64,000 nt of DNA from Callorhinchus milii (taxonomy: Eukaryota): NCBI RefSeq assembly GCF_018977255.1, contig NW_024704743.1:8682001-8746000 (forward strand), given 5' to 3'. The number at the start of each line of letters is the position of its first letter. Positions within the stretch are counted from its first letter, which is position 1. Both the position numbers and the translations under genes were made by a program. Under the pieces are notes generated by a model. It made no database searches and was not told the origin of the DNA. It saw nothing but the letters and a program-made list of their open reading frames with translations. Below, in pieces: positions 41,990 to 53,900 of the stretch.

Positions 41990-44900
41990 GTAATTCCTTT
42001 CAACTAACAAAGTTCAACCTGAAGGATATCATCCCGTTCAAAATATTCCAACATGATCAATATTATTTGTTTTGCCCACGAAATATACAGTCAATTCACT
42101 TTACAGTATATTCTGTGAAGCACTTTCAGATGTGATAAGGCGCTATATCAAATGCAATGATTATTCTTATTATTACTGCATATGAAATCTGCAACTCACC
42201 TGATGGCTCAAGGAATGTTGCAAATTTGGATTCCATGACCAGGGTCAGGAGCCATTTGATCTAGCTTGTCTGAGTTCGAATTCTTTTTTCAGGTTTCTGG
42301 CTGCTGTAGAGGATAGGAGTCCCAATGTGGAAACAAAAACAGAAGTCGCTGGGAACACTCAGCAGGTCAGGTAGCATCTGTGGAGAAAGGAAGTGACAAA
42401 GGGTCGTGGACCCGAAACATTGACTCACTTTCCTTTCTCCACAGATACTGCCTGACCTGCTGAGTGTTCCCAACGACTTCTGTTTTGTTTTCAGATTTCC
42501 AGCATCTGCAGTATTTTGCATTTTGTTTAATATAGTAATGTGGTTTCCTGATCCCGATTACTGTGTACAAATTGGCTGCTGTGTTTCACCTACAAAACAC
42601 GCAGTCACTCACTTTACAATAAATCCAGTGAGATAATTTGAAGTGTTCTAATTATGTGAAAGGTGCTATATCAATTGCAAGAATTATAATTATTATTTAC
42701 CATTGGGCTAGTAACTATCCGAGGGTAATAATAAATCATAGCAGGGTGGTGATTTCTGACACGATAGTATGTACCTGTAGAACAGAACAACAACAAAATT
42801 ACATTTGTAAAATGCCTTTCACCATGGCAGGACATCCCAAGGTGCTGGACAGAGTTAATAATAATAATAATAATAATCCTTGCATTTGATATAGCACTTT
42901 TCATATCTTCTAGACATCTCAAAGGGCTTCACAGAATAGACTGTAAAGTTAATTGACTGTATACTTGTGGGCGAAATGCGGCACACAGCAGTGTCCCACA
43001 AACAGTCGTGGATTGAAATGACCAATTTATTTTTTCTTGAGGATTATTATCAGACGTGTGGAGTAAGGAAACTTGCCCAAGGTTTCATCCTGCCGGGAAT
43101 CGAACCCAGGAATCTTGCTTGCAAAGCGAGTGCTCTAACCACTGAGCTACAGGACTCCACAGGACTCGAGTTACGGACCCGAGCTGGGGGGCCAGGTTGG
43201 GGAAGGTGGAGGGCAGCGGGGAAAGCACGGTCGAAGAGGAGGGTCTTGAAATGGGTCTTGAAGGTGGCAAGGGAGGGGCTGAGGCGGAGGGACTGCAGGA
43301 TGGAGTTCCGGAAGGTGGGGGCAGAGTGGCAGAAGGCCCGCCCCCCCAGTAGTGTGGCAAGCGAGGTGGGGATGTGAAGCAGGCTGGAGGGAGCTAGCAG
43401 GATGGTAGGGAGGTTTAGGCGGTCGCAGAGGTAAGGGGAAGCAAGACTATGGAGGGCTTTGAAGGATCTTGAACTGTATCCTCTGTGTGATGGGAAGCCA
43501 GTGGATTCAGGCGAGGATGGGGGTGATAGGGTCGCGGAGCCTAGTGTGGGAGAGGACATGGGCTGCAGAGTTCTGGATGAGCTGCAGCCTATGGAGGGAG
43601 GAACAGTCCATTACTATTTCCAAGCAGAGGAAGTGCATGGCAATGAGCAAAAACAGGCAGATGAGCAGACAGTTCAGATTTAATTAGTGATGAACATGTG
43701 GAATGGACTACCAGAACTGCAGCTAGAGGCAGATTGTATCCACAAAGTCAAGAAATAGATAGTTGTTTGGCGAAGATTTCATTTGAGGGAAATAAAAAAT
43801 AATAATAATAATCCTTATATTTTGTATAATACGGTTTCATGTTGGGAGGAAGTCCCAAACCACTTCACAGGATATACTGTCCATACTGTAATGGACCAAA
43901 GAAGCCCATTCAGTAATCCTAAAGTTAGAAAAGATAATAAAAACAAATAATCCTACACTACTTTATGTCTCTTGGCACACAGTCCCTGCAAGACTGTGGA
44001 GGGTTTTGAGGACGAGGATTATGATGGGTATCCGATGGAGCCGGGTGAGGCTGGGGGTGATTTGGTCATGGAGCCTGGTGTGGGCGAGGATGTGAGCTGC
44101 AGAGTTCTGGATGGTCTCCAGTTTGTTGGCCAACAAGCACGGAGTTCGTGTATTCGAGCCTAGATGTGATAAATGCGCGGACGAGGGTTTTGGCAGCCTG
44201 AGGGGAGAGGCAGGGGCGGAACCAGGCGATGTTGTAGAGGTGGAGGAAAGCAGAGAGATAGAGTTGGGTGTTATCCGCATACACGTGGAAGATGTCTGTG
44301 GATGATGTCACCAAGAGGGAGCATGTGAAGTGTAGTGACTATATTTATAGGTGAAGTGGCTATATGTAGGGGAAAACAATAAACGATTTTGATCACTTGC
44401 AATATCCCACAAACAGCCATGAAGCGAATGAGCAATATTATCTGAAGGATTGTTGACCAGAAACACTGGCAGAAAAGAACTGTCCTAGTCAAGTTGAATT
44501 GAAAAGAAAATGATTAATTTGTAAACCTTAAGAGATTCCTGATTTTATCCACTTTTAATTAATTGCATGGATTAAAACAGATCTAAATTTCTAATCCGGG
44601 AGAACCAGAAATTTTGCTAGATGTAGTTATGTTGTATAGTTAAACAGTTTTAGCACTTGTGAATGACTTGTGAATGTGAATGACTATAGTTGCTGTGGTC
44701 TCAGTTTGCCTTTTCATCTTTCAGCTACCAATGAGTGTTTAAAAGCCAATGCAACTTCATGCGGGGAATGTATACAAGCTGGTAAGAATTGTGGATGGTG
44801 CATGAAAATAGTAAGTACATTCATTTGATGTGCATGGACGATAAAGTCAATTTAAGGAGTCCTATAGCTCAGTGGTTAGAGCACTGGCCTTGCAAAGGAG

Positions 44901-47900
44901 AGACCTGGGTTTGATTCCCGGCAGGTTTCCTTACTCCACACGCCTCATAATAATCCCTCAAAAAAAGACACAATAAAATTGGTACTTCAATCCACGACTG
45001 TTTGTGGGACACTGCTGTGCGCAATTGGCTGCCAAGTTTCGCCCACAAATATACAGTCAATTCACTTTACAATCTATTCTGTGAAGTGCTTTGAGACATC
45101 TAGAAGATGTGAAAAGCGCTATATCAAATGCAAGGATTATTATTTCTTATTATAAGTTGTTGTTACTGTCTGAGCTTCTTTTAACAATAACCTTTTCAAA
45201 TCCAAGCAGGATGACATGTGAATGATCCATGTCATAAGTTTTTCAAGTACAAGTGACACAAAATGATCTTTATCATGACATTTGTAATGTTTAATCAGGA
45301 GTGTGATTATAGTATGGAGTATCTTATAAAGTAATTAATAAATTATAACTAAATAAATAGCACATCACAAGATCAGAAGGTCTGTTTGGATGAAGAAGGC
45401 CCTTCGGCATTTTGATCTCATTCTTCCATACTTTTCTATTGTCTCTATCAAGGTACTCAATGAGGGAACACTCATAGCTTCGGACCTGAGGTTTCTTACA
45501 TTTTCCTTGCATGTCAGTAGTTGGTGCTCAAACTATAATAATAATAATCCTTGCATTTGATATTGCGCCTTATCATGTCTTTGAGACGTCTCAAAGCGCT
45601 TCCCAGACTATACTGTAAAGTGAATTGACTGTATGCTTTGTCTGCAAATCGCGGCAGCCAATTGCGCACAGCAGTGTCCCACAAACAATCATGGATTGAG
45701 TGACTTTTTTTAATATATGTTTTGAAGGAATTATTACTCCCGGAAAACTAAACTTTTGTCTTTTTAAAACAACTGAAAATATAGGATATTTGGATATGTT
45801 ATAACGGCTTGGCTTGAGATGGCTATGATCTCTAACCTTCATTTTCACATATGCACCTCTGGAACCTGCTTGACTGTCCTCCCTCCCCCCTCTCTGCTCG
45901 AAGTCAGGCTCTGTCACTGTTAAATGCTCCGAAATGCTGCCCCGCGTGAAAGGCTCCGTATGAATGCAAGTTGTTGTTGTTGTTGACCATGTGGCTAGAA
46001 TGTCAGATAGCAAGAATGGAAATTTACTGCTGCAACGACCTAGAAGCACAATGTGTAATCGCTTGAAGGAGCTATTTGTTTTAACAGATAGTCTAGCTCC
46101 TTCAAGCTATTATTTCTCCCCTCATCCACCACCCTGCCACAACTTCCCTTGGGTAATGAACTGTTTAGATACTTGCTGACTTCAGTAAGTCCACAACAAT
46201 TTGATTGTTACCAGTGCCTGGAGTGCGTTCACTTTTATTCCTCTCGGGAGAATCGCAGACCTTCCAAGTGAATTTCAAAAGTGTTGAGAACTCTTGATCT
46301 CTATTATTTGAACCTATCTACAGTAGTTACTGCAAATCACCAATGGCTTTTGAATGTGCTCTTAAAATGTGGATGCGTTTAGCAAGAGTATATCGTCAAC
46401 ATCTAATGCTGAGGGTATGGAAGGATGAGACGAAATGAAGGGCCTTCTTCATTCAAGCCTCTCTTGTGATGTTGTGAAATCAATATTGCTGGATTTTGAC
46501 AGATTGTTGTTGACTACTAAACAAACGTAAGGGAATTTCTGCAAGTTTTAATCTGTGTTGGAGTGAGTGAATTTGCCTTGATTTGCTATCTTTACAGGAT
46601 TTTGTGCAGTATGGAGTACCAAACTCAGTGCGATGTGATGATCGAGAATCACTTGTGTACCGAGGATGCCCAAAGCGTTACATTGAAAGTCCCAAAGGCT
46701 CACAAAGAATATTTGTCAATAAAATTCCGTTCCGCCGTTTGAGTGGTGAGAAGATGAAACTGGAAGACATCATACAAATTAGACCACAGAAGCTTTCCCT
46801 AAAATTGCGATCAGGTAATTTCAATAACAACAACTTGCATTTATATAGCACCCTTCACATGGGGCAGTGTCTCAGAGTGCTTAACAGTGACGGAGCCTGA
46901 TCCCGAGACGGGGAAGGGGAGGAGGTGACCGTAAGTCGAAGTGGAAGGTTTTCAGTCATGATCTGAAGGTGGAGGGATTGAGTTCCAAAGCTTTTGGGTG
47001 TAATGGCTGAAAGCAAGGCTGTTGATGATGGAGTTGAGGGGATGAGGAACGAACAGGAGGCCAGAGAAGTCGAGCGGATGCAGTGGGTAGTGGAGTGGGG
47101 AGAAAGCAGGTCAGAGAGGTAGGGAGGTGCCAAGGCATGAAGGGATTTGTAGACAAGTGAGAGGATCTTGACATCCGTTCTGTGATAGGGAACTAGCCAG
47201 TGGAGCCTGGTGAGGACTGGTCTGATGGGGGTATGGAGTTTAGTGCAGGTGTGAATTTCAATAACAGTAAAGATGGGAAAATGCTGCAGGAGAATTTTTA
47301 CTTATTTTGTGTGCATTCCTCATAGACATTATTTATTCACCGTCAGTTGTCCATGTGGAGTCCCATTGCGCATTGGCTAGAATACTCGCCTTGCAAGCGA
47401 GAGGCCCTGGGTTTGATTCCCAGGCTGGGCGAAACAACAACAAAATTACATTTGTATAGCGCCTTTCATGTCGGGAGGCCGTCCCAACCTTAGGCAACTT
47501 TCCTTACTCCACATACCTGTTCACCTAACAGTAAGTAGGAACCCGCTTGTTAATCGATTGGTGGATTGCTTTCCCTTCAAACAAAAGTGTGGCAGCCCTA
47601 ATTGCTGTTGTTTTACCCCAACTGTAAATCAATTACATTACCATTTGGGTCACCCAGTGACAAGAATTGCATTAGATGACTAGATTACATAATAGTTTTC
47701 TTACCAGTAGAGCTTTAGACTTCAGGACATCTATACAAATGCAAATTACTGTACACATTTACATTTACACTGTGCCTTTCACATTGGGAGGACATCCCAA
47801 AGCTCTTAACAGTGCTGGTTGGACATCCGAGCTGGGGGTGGGAACTGAGGAGTTGGGGAGGGGAAAGATGACCGAAAGCAAGGTCAAAGAGATTGGTTTT

Positions 47901-50900
47901 GTACTGGACTTTGTCAGAGTTGATGGAGTCAGAGGGACTGGGATGGAGCTCCAGAGAGTGGAGGCAGAGAGACTGAAAGCCCGCCCGCCAATGATGGGCG
48001 GGCTTTCAGCCAATTTCTGGACATCCTGAATTGCTAGGATAATAGAGTAAATCTAGCCCCAAGTGGAATTTACTTATCCCCTATCCCCTGGTCTAGTGAT
48101 TTTGATGATGCTGTGCATGTGGGGGGGTGGTGTGGTGGGGGTTGTTGGGAAGATGAGTATCTTATACTAACTGCTAAAATTTGTCATTTTAAAAAAAAAA
48201 TTACAATATCTTTACAATGGGAAATCTAGATTGATAGCATAGTGGTTTGTTAGTGTAAGGATGAAAATGATCAAGTTTCCTGGTGGACTGAGTTGGGAGA
48301 GGCTGAAGAAACAGAAATGACAGGCAAATAGTCAAAATTTGGGGGTTGGTGGGGGGAGTAAAGAAATTCCATGTGGGGCTAGTTCTTAGCAATTCATTGT
48401 GTCCAGAATTTGGCAAATTGGGAGAATCTCTACAATTTAACATGTTGGACATAATGAAGACAGTCCTTTCACCATAAAAGTAAAGAACTAAAATCCTCTT
48501 ATTGCAACCCGCCCTTGGAAAAATGTGCCTGAAATATATCACCCTTGTAATCCTGTGCCAGTTGTCTTTTAGAAAGACCTGTATATTTCAGATATCCTGC
48601 TCCTAACACTGAAGGTACCTAAAATCTTGTACTTTTATCCTCAGGAGAACCACAAATCTTCCCACTCAATTTCAAAAGAGCTGAGGACTATCCTATTGAT
48701 CTATACTACCTCCTGGACCTTTCTGCTTCAATGAAAGATAATTTGGAAAATGTAAAGAGGTTGGGAACAGATTTGGTGAATGAAATGAGGAACATTGTTT
48801 CTGATTTTAGGATTGGTAAGAATTTCTGTTTAGTTTCTGATTTCCACTCTTTAAGTAGTTGCTCCCTCACCCCTTTCAAGATGGTCTTGTTATGGTTCAC
48901 ACTCTGGTTCCTGGCTCAAGTGATTACTCTTCAGTGAGTCTTAATAGGCTATTTGACCATCGTGGTGAGATCAATTGTAATTATTCCATCTGCAGGCAGA
49001 TAACAGTGCAGATTGGACCTGGGATATTCAGGTCTGAATGGCTCAATTGCACTCTAGCTAATGGCTTTAACAAATGGCCCACTTGGGCGGCTGCACCTTT
49101 ACATTATATCTCGACATCTAGTAACAGTAATCACATAATTTCGAAGTCCCCACCCTCCCATTACTTGTATTCAATGACCTCCCTCCTGAAACTGAATGAT
49201 TTGGGTAAGGTTCATATAAAGTTGAATTGTATGTGGTATCCAGAGAGAGTGAACTCGACAAGCATGTGGAGTGTGTTTTTTTCTTTTTCTATATCTTTTA
49301 AAAACTCTTACGTTTTCCACTCTTTAATGTTTAATGTTGGCTGCATTTTGTCAGAAGTTGTTCCAGTAAAGTAAGATGTTATCCTATATGAAAGGTGGCT
49401 TACTAAACTGTTGTTACCCTGCAGGGTTTGGCTCCTTACATAAAAACACTTGTAAAGCTGGCGAACAGTGTACAAATCCATTCAGTTTCCGAAACGTGTT
49501 GCCGTTGACCAGTGACATCGGTAGGTTTAAAGCAGTTGTGAACGAGCAGACTGTGTCTGAAAGCCGAGACCCTGCAGAAGGTGCTTTTGATGCTATAATG
49601 CAGATTGCTGTCTGTGAGGTGAGTACAAAAATCCATGGATGAACAAAGTTTACAAGATTTATTGGAAATTCTATTTAAACAACAACCCAATGAGTAAATC
49701 TGAAAGCAGGATTCAAAGCAATACAAAATCATTGAAATACAATTTATATTCATATAGCCCCTTTCACATTGGGAGGATATCTCAAAACATTTCGCACCGC
49801 TGGCTGGATGGGACAAAATAGTTTTTGCTTGCAGTAAAATTTGGAAGGTGCAATTCCACTGGTAATGGATGTCACTGCACAATGGAGATGTGGGTAGATG
49901 TATTGACACTTATACAACAACAACAACAACAAAATTACATTTGTATAGCGCCTTTCACGTTGGGAGGACGTCCCAAGGTGCTGGACAGACAGAGTTTTGG
50001 ACTCGAGCTGGGGGTTGGGATCAGGCAGGGTGGAGGGCAGGGGGGAAAGGTGGGTGATCAAAAGCACGGTCAAAGAGGAGGGTCTTGAGATGGGTCTTGA
50101 AAGAGGCAAGGGAGGGGACGAGGCAGAGGGTTTGCAGGATGGAGTCCTAGAAGGTAGGGGCAGAGTGGCAGAAGACCCGCCTGCCAATAGTGGGGCGAGT
50201 GAGGCAGGGGACGTGAAGCAGGCTGAGCGGAGGGAGTCAGCAGGATGGAAGGGGGTTAAGAGGTCACAGAGGTAGAGGGGAGCAAGACCATGGAGGGCTT
50301 TGAAGGTGAGGACCAGGATCTTGAACTGTATCCTCTGTGTGATGGGAAGCTCGTGGAGTCGGGTGAGGATGGGGGTGATAGGGTCATGGAGCCTGATGCA
50401 GGAGAGGACACGGGCTGCAGAGTTCTGGATGAATCTGCAGCCTATGGAGGGAGGAGTTGGGCAGGCTGACAAGCAAAGAGTTTGCATAGTCAAGCCTCAA
50501 TGTAATTAAAGCGTACATGAGAGTTTTGGCGGTCTGTGGAGTGAGACAATAGTGGAGCTGGTCGATTTTGCAGAGGTGGGGGAAGGCATAGCGAGTCATG
50601 GCTCAGACATGGGGTAGAAAGGATAGTTGAGGGTCAAACAAGACCCCAAGGTGCCGGACTGGCTAAGTAAGGTGGAGGGTGCAACCATGGATGGCTATAT
50701 TTCACTCCTTGTCTTAATTGTTGAGAATAATTAAATAATCAAATTAATAACAGTGAAATCCTTACTAGCAAGCTAAACATCAGAATTTTCTACATTGACT
50801 TTGGGTCAAGTGACATGAGAGGCTTATTGAATGATGCTCTGCCTTGTTTTAAGAAGGAACTGAGACTGTCCCTCATATCAAAAAGACTGTGAAACACAGG

Positions 50901-53900
50901 TTTACACAGTACACATAATATACCCTATTGATCAGAATAAAGAAAAGATTAAACCAAAAATTATAATCGTGAAAACGTTAAGGATGCAGAATGTGAAGCT
51001 AGTATTTCCACTTCTAAACAGACATGGCTGACAACCCAATTATCTCTGGTCATCTTTTCACCCCTACCTCTCTTGAATCTAACCTTCTGCTGGCCAGAGC
51101 TTTGGGACGTCCTCTTGATGTGAAATGTAAATGTAAGTTTGTTGTTGTTGTAATGGGAAGCCAATATGGTGGGATACTATGGAAAAATTATATTGAATGG
51201 AGCAAGGGAGCATCTTTCTGTCCTTCAGCTGAGAAGTTAAACCGAGATCTAGTCTGCCTGTTCAGGCGGATGTTAAAGATCCTCTGTTATGGCTTGTAAA
51301 AGAGAAGGGAGTTTTTCCCGGTGTCCTGGCCAACAATCTCCCAAATAAAATTGATCACTTCATAGCTGTTTGTGGTACATTGCTATGTGCAAATTGGCTG
51401 CTGCATTTGCCTACAAAATACATTTCACAGAAAAATTCTATGAACCTTTGGGACTTCCTTCTAACATGACAAGGCATTATAACAGGTGCAAGGATTATTA
51501 TGTTTACCATTATTATTCATCCCTACATCTCCTGTGATTTCTTGTAAATTTCTGTGATCACTTACCTCTAATACCTTACTTGTGATTTTGTGAAAAACTC
51601 TGTATTTTACAGAATGAAATTGCCTGGCGAAATGCCACACGCCTCCTCGTCTTCTCTACAGATTCAGGATTTAATTTTGCTGAAGGTGGTGATATTGGTA
51701 GCGTGTTGCCAATTGATGCTGGATGCCAGCTGAATCCTCAGGGTTTCTACACAAAGAGTGGCTATGATGTAAGTTTGCTAGTTAATCTTGGAAGCCAGAT
51801 CAGCTCAATCTTCTCAACTTATATTTTAACAAAAAGACGAGCTTCAACCTACCTTATTTGCAATACCTTGAGTTGTGTAAAAACATTTTACTGAACCTAG
51901 TCCAGATCGAGGTGATTCAATTACAATTCCCATTAACGTCTGCTTTAATCAAACGCAGCCTGTGAATTAGTACTAACTTGGTAAAGATCTTCAGAAATTG
52001 TATACACGGTGGTGATTAGTGGGGAAACTTAAATTGTATGAGTGCATTAGGCTGAGTCAGTCTAGGGAAAGCTCTGCTTTCAACTGATGGGTGACAAGCT
52101 TGAAGCTACATAAGATCCTGGTCTACAAAATACACAGTCAAAACCACTTTACAGCATATGGTGTGAAGCTCTTTGATGACTTGATAAGACGCTATATCAA
52201 ATGCAAGGATTATTATTATTAGAGATGATTTGACAAATACCCTTCATAACAACGCTTAATTGCCCAAAGTAGTGCAAAACAACTCCAATTTGAGGATTTT
52301 GTGATATCTAAGGATAGAAGCAAAAACATGTTATGCATGACCATTTGTTAATGATAATAATCCTTTGATATAGCATTTGATATAGCGCCTTATCACGTTG
52401 TTGATATGTCTCAAAGCACTTCATAGAATATATTGTAAAGTGTATTGACTGTGTATTTTACGGGATAAATGCACCCACAAATTTGTTGATTTGTGAAATG
52501 GGTGCAGTAATCTTTCTGGGTTGAAGTTAATGATACCCGGTTAGTACTGTATCCCTGAATGGCAATCACCAAGACTGCAATCCTGTTAATACAATCATCA
52601 CAAGCACTGAGGAGGGATCTTAAGTAATGATCATTTAAAGCTGTTAAAGTGCCTGAACAATTTGATTTAGCATTGAAAACTAATGACCTGAAGAGTGTTA
52701 GTCTCGATATTGTCACCTCCTTAATACTTAGTTTGCTCATCGCTTTGAAGTTAATGAGTTCATTCTTGGAAATCTAAAGCAGATAATACTGCCTAAGTGT
52801 CTAATGTACCTTTCAGCTGAGTCTCCGGGGTCTATTTTATGATCAACTAGTTTCTACAACTTTACAATGGGAACATTGTAATAAATTGATAATTCTCTGA
52901 TAACCAAATCATTGTAAAATAATACCCACTGAACAGTGTGAAATAAAACCCTCTAATTATCTGTTTCTTCTTTTCTTTCCTCATATTTCCTTCCCCAAAT
53001 CAGTGAACTGAAGCAACTCCACAGACAATAAGGCATTCAATTTCTTGTCTCAATGTACTGGTCTGTCTGTGTTCTATGTCAGGGTGGTCCAACCATTTGG
53101 CTGCCATGGGCCGGATTCCCTATTTGAGAAAGGTCCACGGGCCGCATCCAGCCTGGGCCAGCTGAGGGCCCACAGGCCACATCTGGCCAGTGATATAATC
53201 CAGCCCGAGACCATTTCCAACATTCCACCTTCTGCTCCCTGCCTGGTGAACGTTTTCCCAGGGCAGCAGTGGGAACCAGAGGTTGAGGGACACTCAGCAT
53301 GGAGAGTGGAAATAATACCGGCCATTACTCCAGTCTGTCAGGAAGGCAAGCGGGTCTCTTACCATCTTACCAACCATGTCCTTAGCAACAGACGTGCAGA
53401 TAGTGAACCGGAGAGAGAAGGATTGGGGGTGGGGGGGAGTGGAGAGAGGAAGGGGGAGGGGGAGAGAGGAAGGGGGGAAGCAGGTGGAGAGAGGAGGTGG
53501 AGAGAGGAAAGGGAGAGAGGAAGGGGAGAGAGAAAGGGGGGAGGACGGAGGGGGGAGAAGAAGGGAGGAGCGAGGAGGGCTGTGTCTCTCCCAACCGCCG
53601 GCTCCTACCATTACCCTGGGAGGATGTTCACCAGGGAGGGAATGGAAGGTGGAATGTTGGAAATGGTCTTGGGCCGGAAAAAATCACCCGCCAGGCAACT
53701 TGTTGGACCCCTCTGGTCTATGTCACAAATTTACTGATTGTCTGGCTTACCTCTTGTTAAATAACTAACTTCACTAATCCCTTTCTTGGTTACTGCAAAT
53801 TTCTCCCTGATGTAGTAGGTCCCCAATTTTGATTGCATGTTTTTTACACACCAAGTTAGTGACTACTTTTCACAAAAATGGGTTTTAGAGTTGGTCAATT

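Noticed and set aside
53045..53768. 230-aa ORF
   Set aside because: Lies in a non-autonomous hAT element and polypurine tract; no transposase or other recognisable motif.
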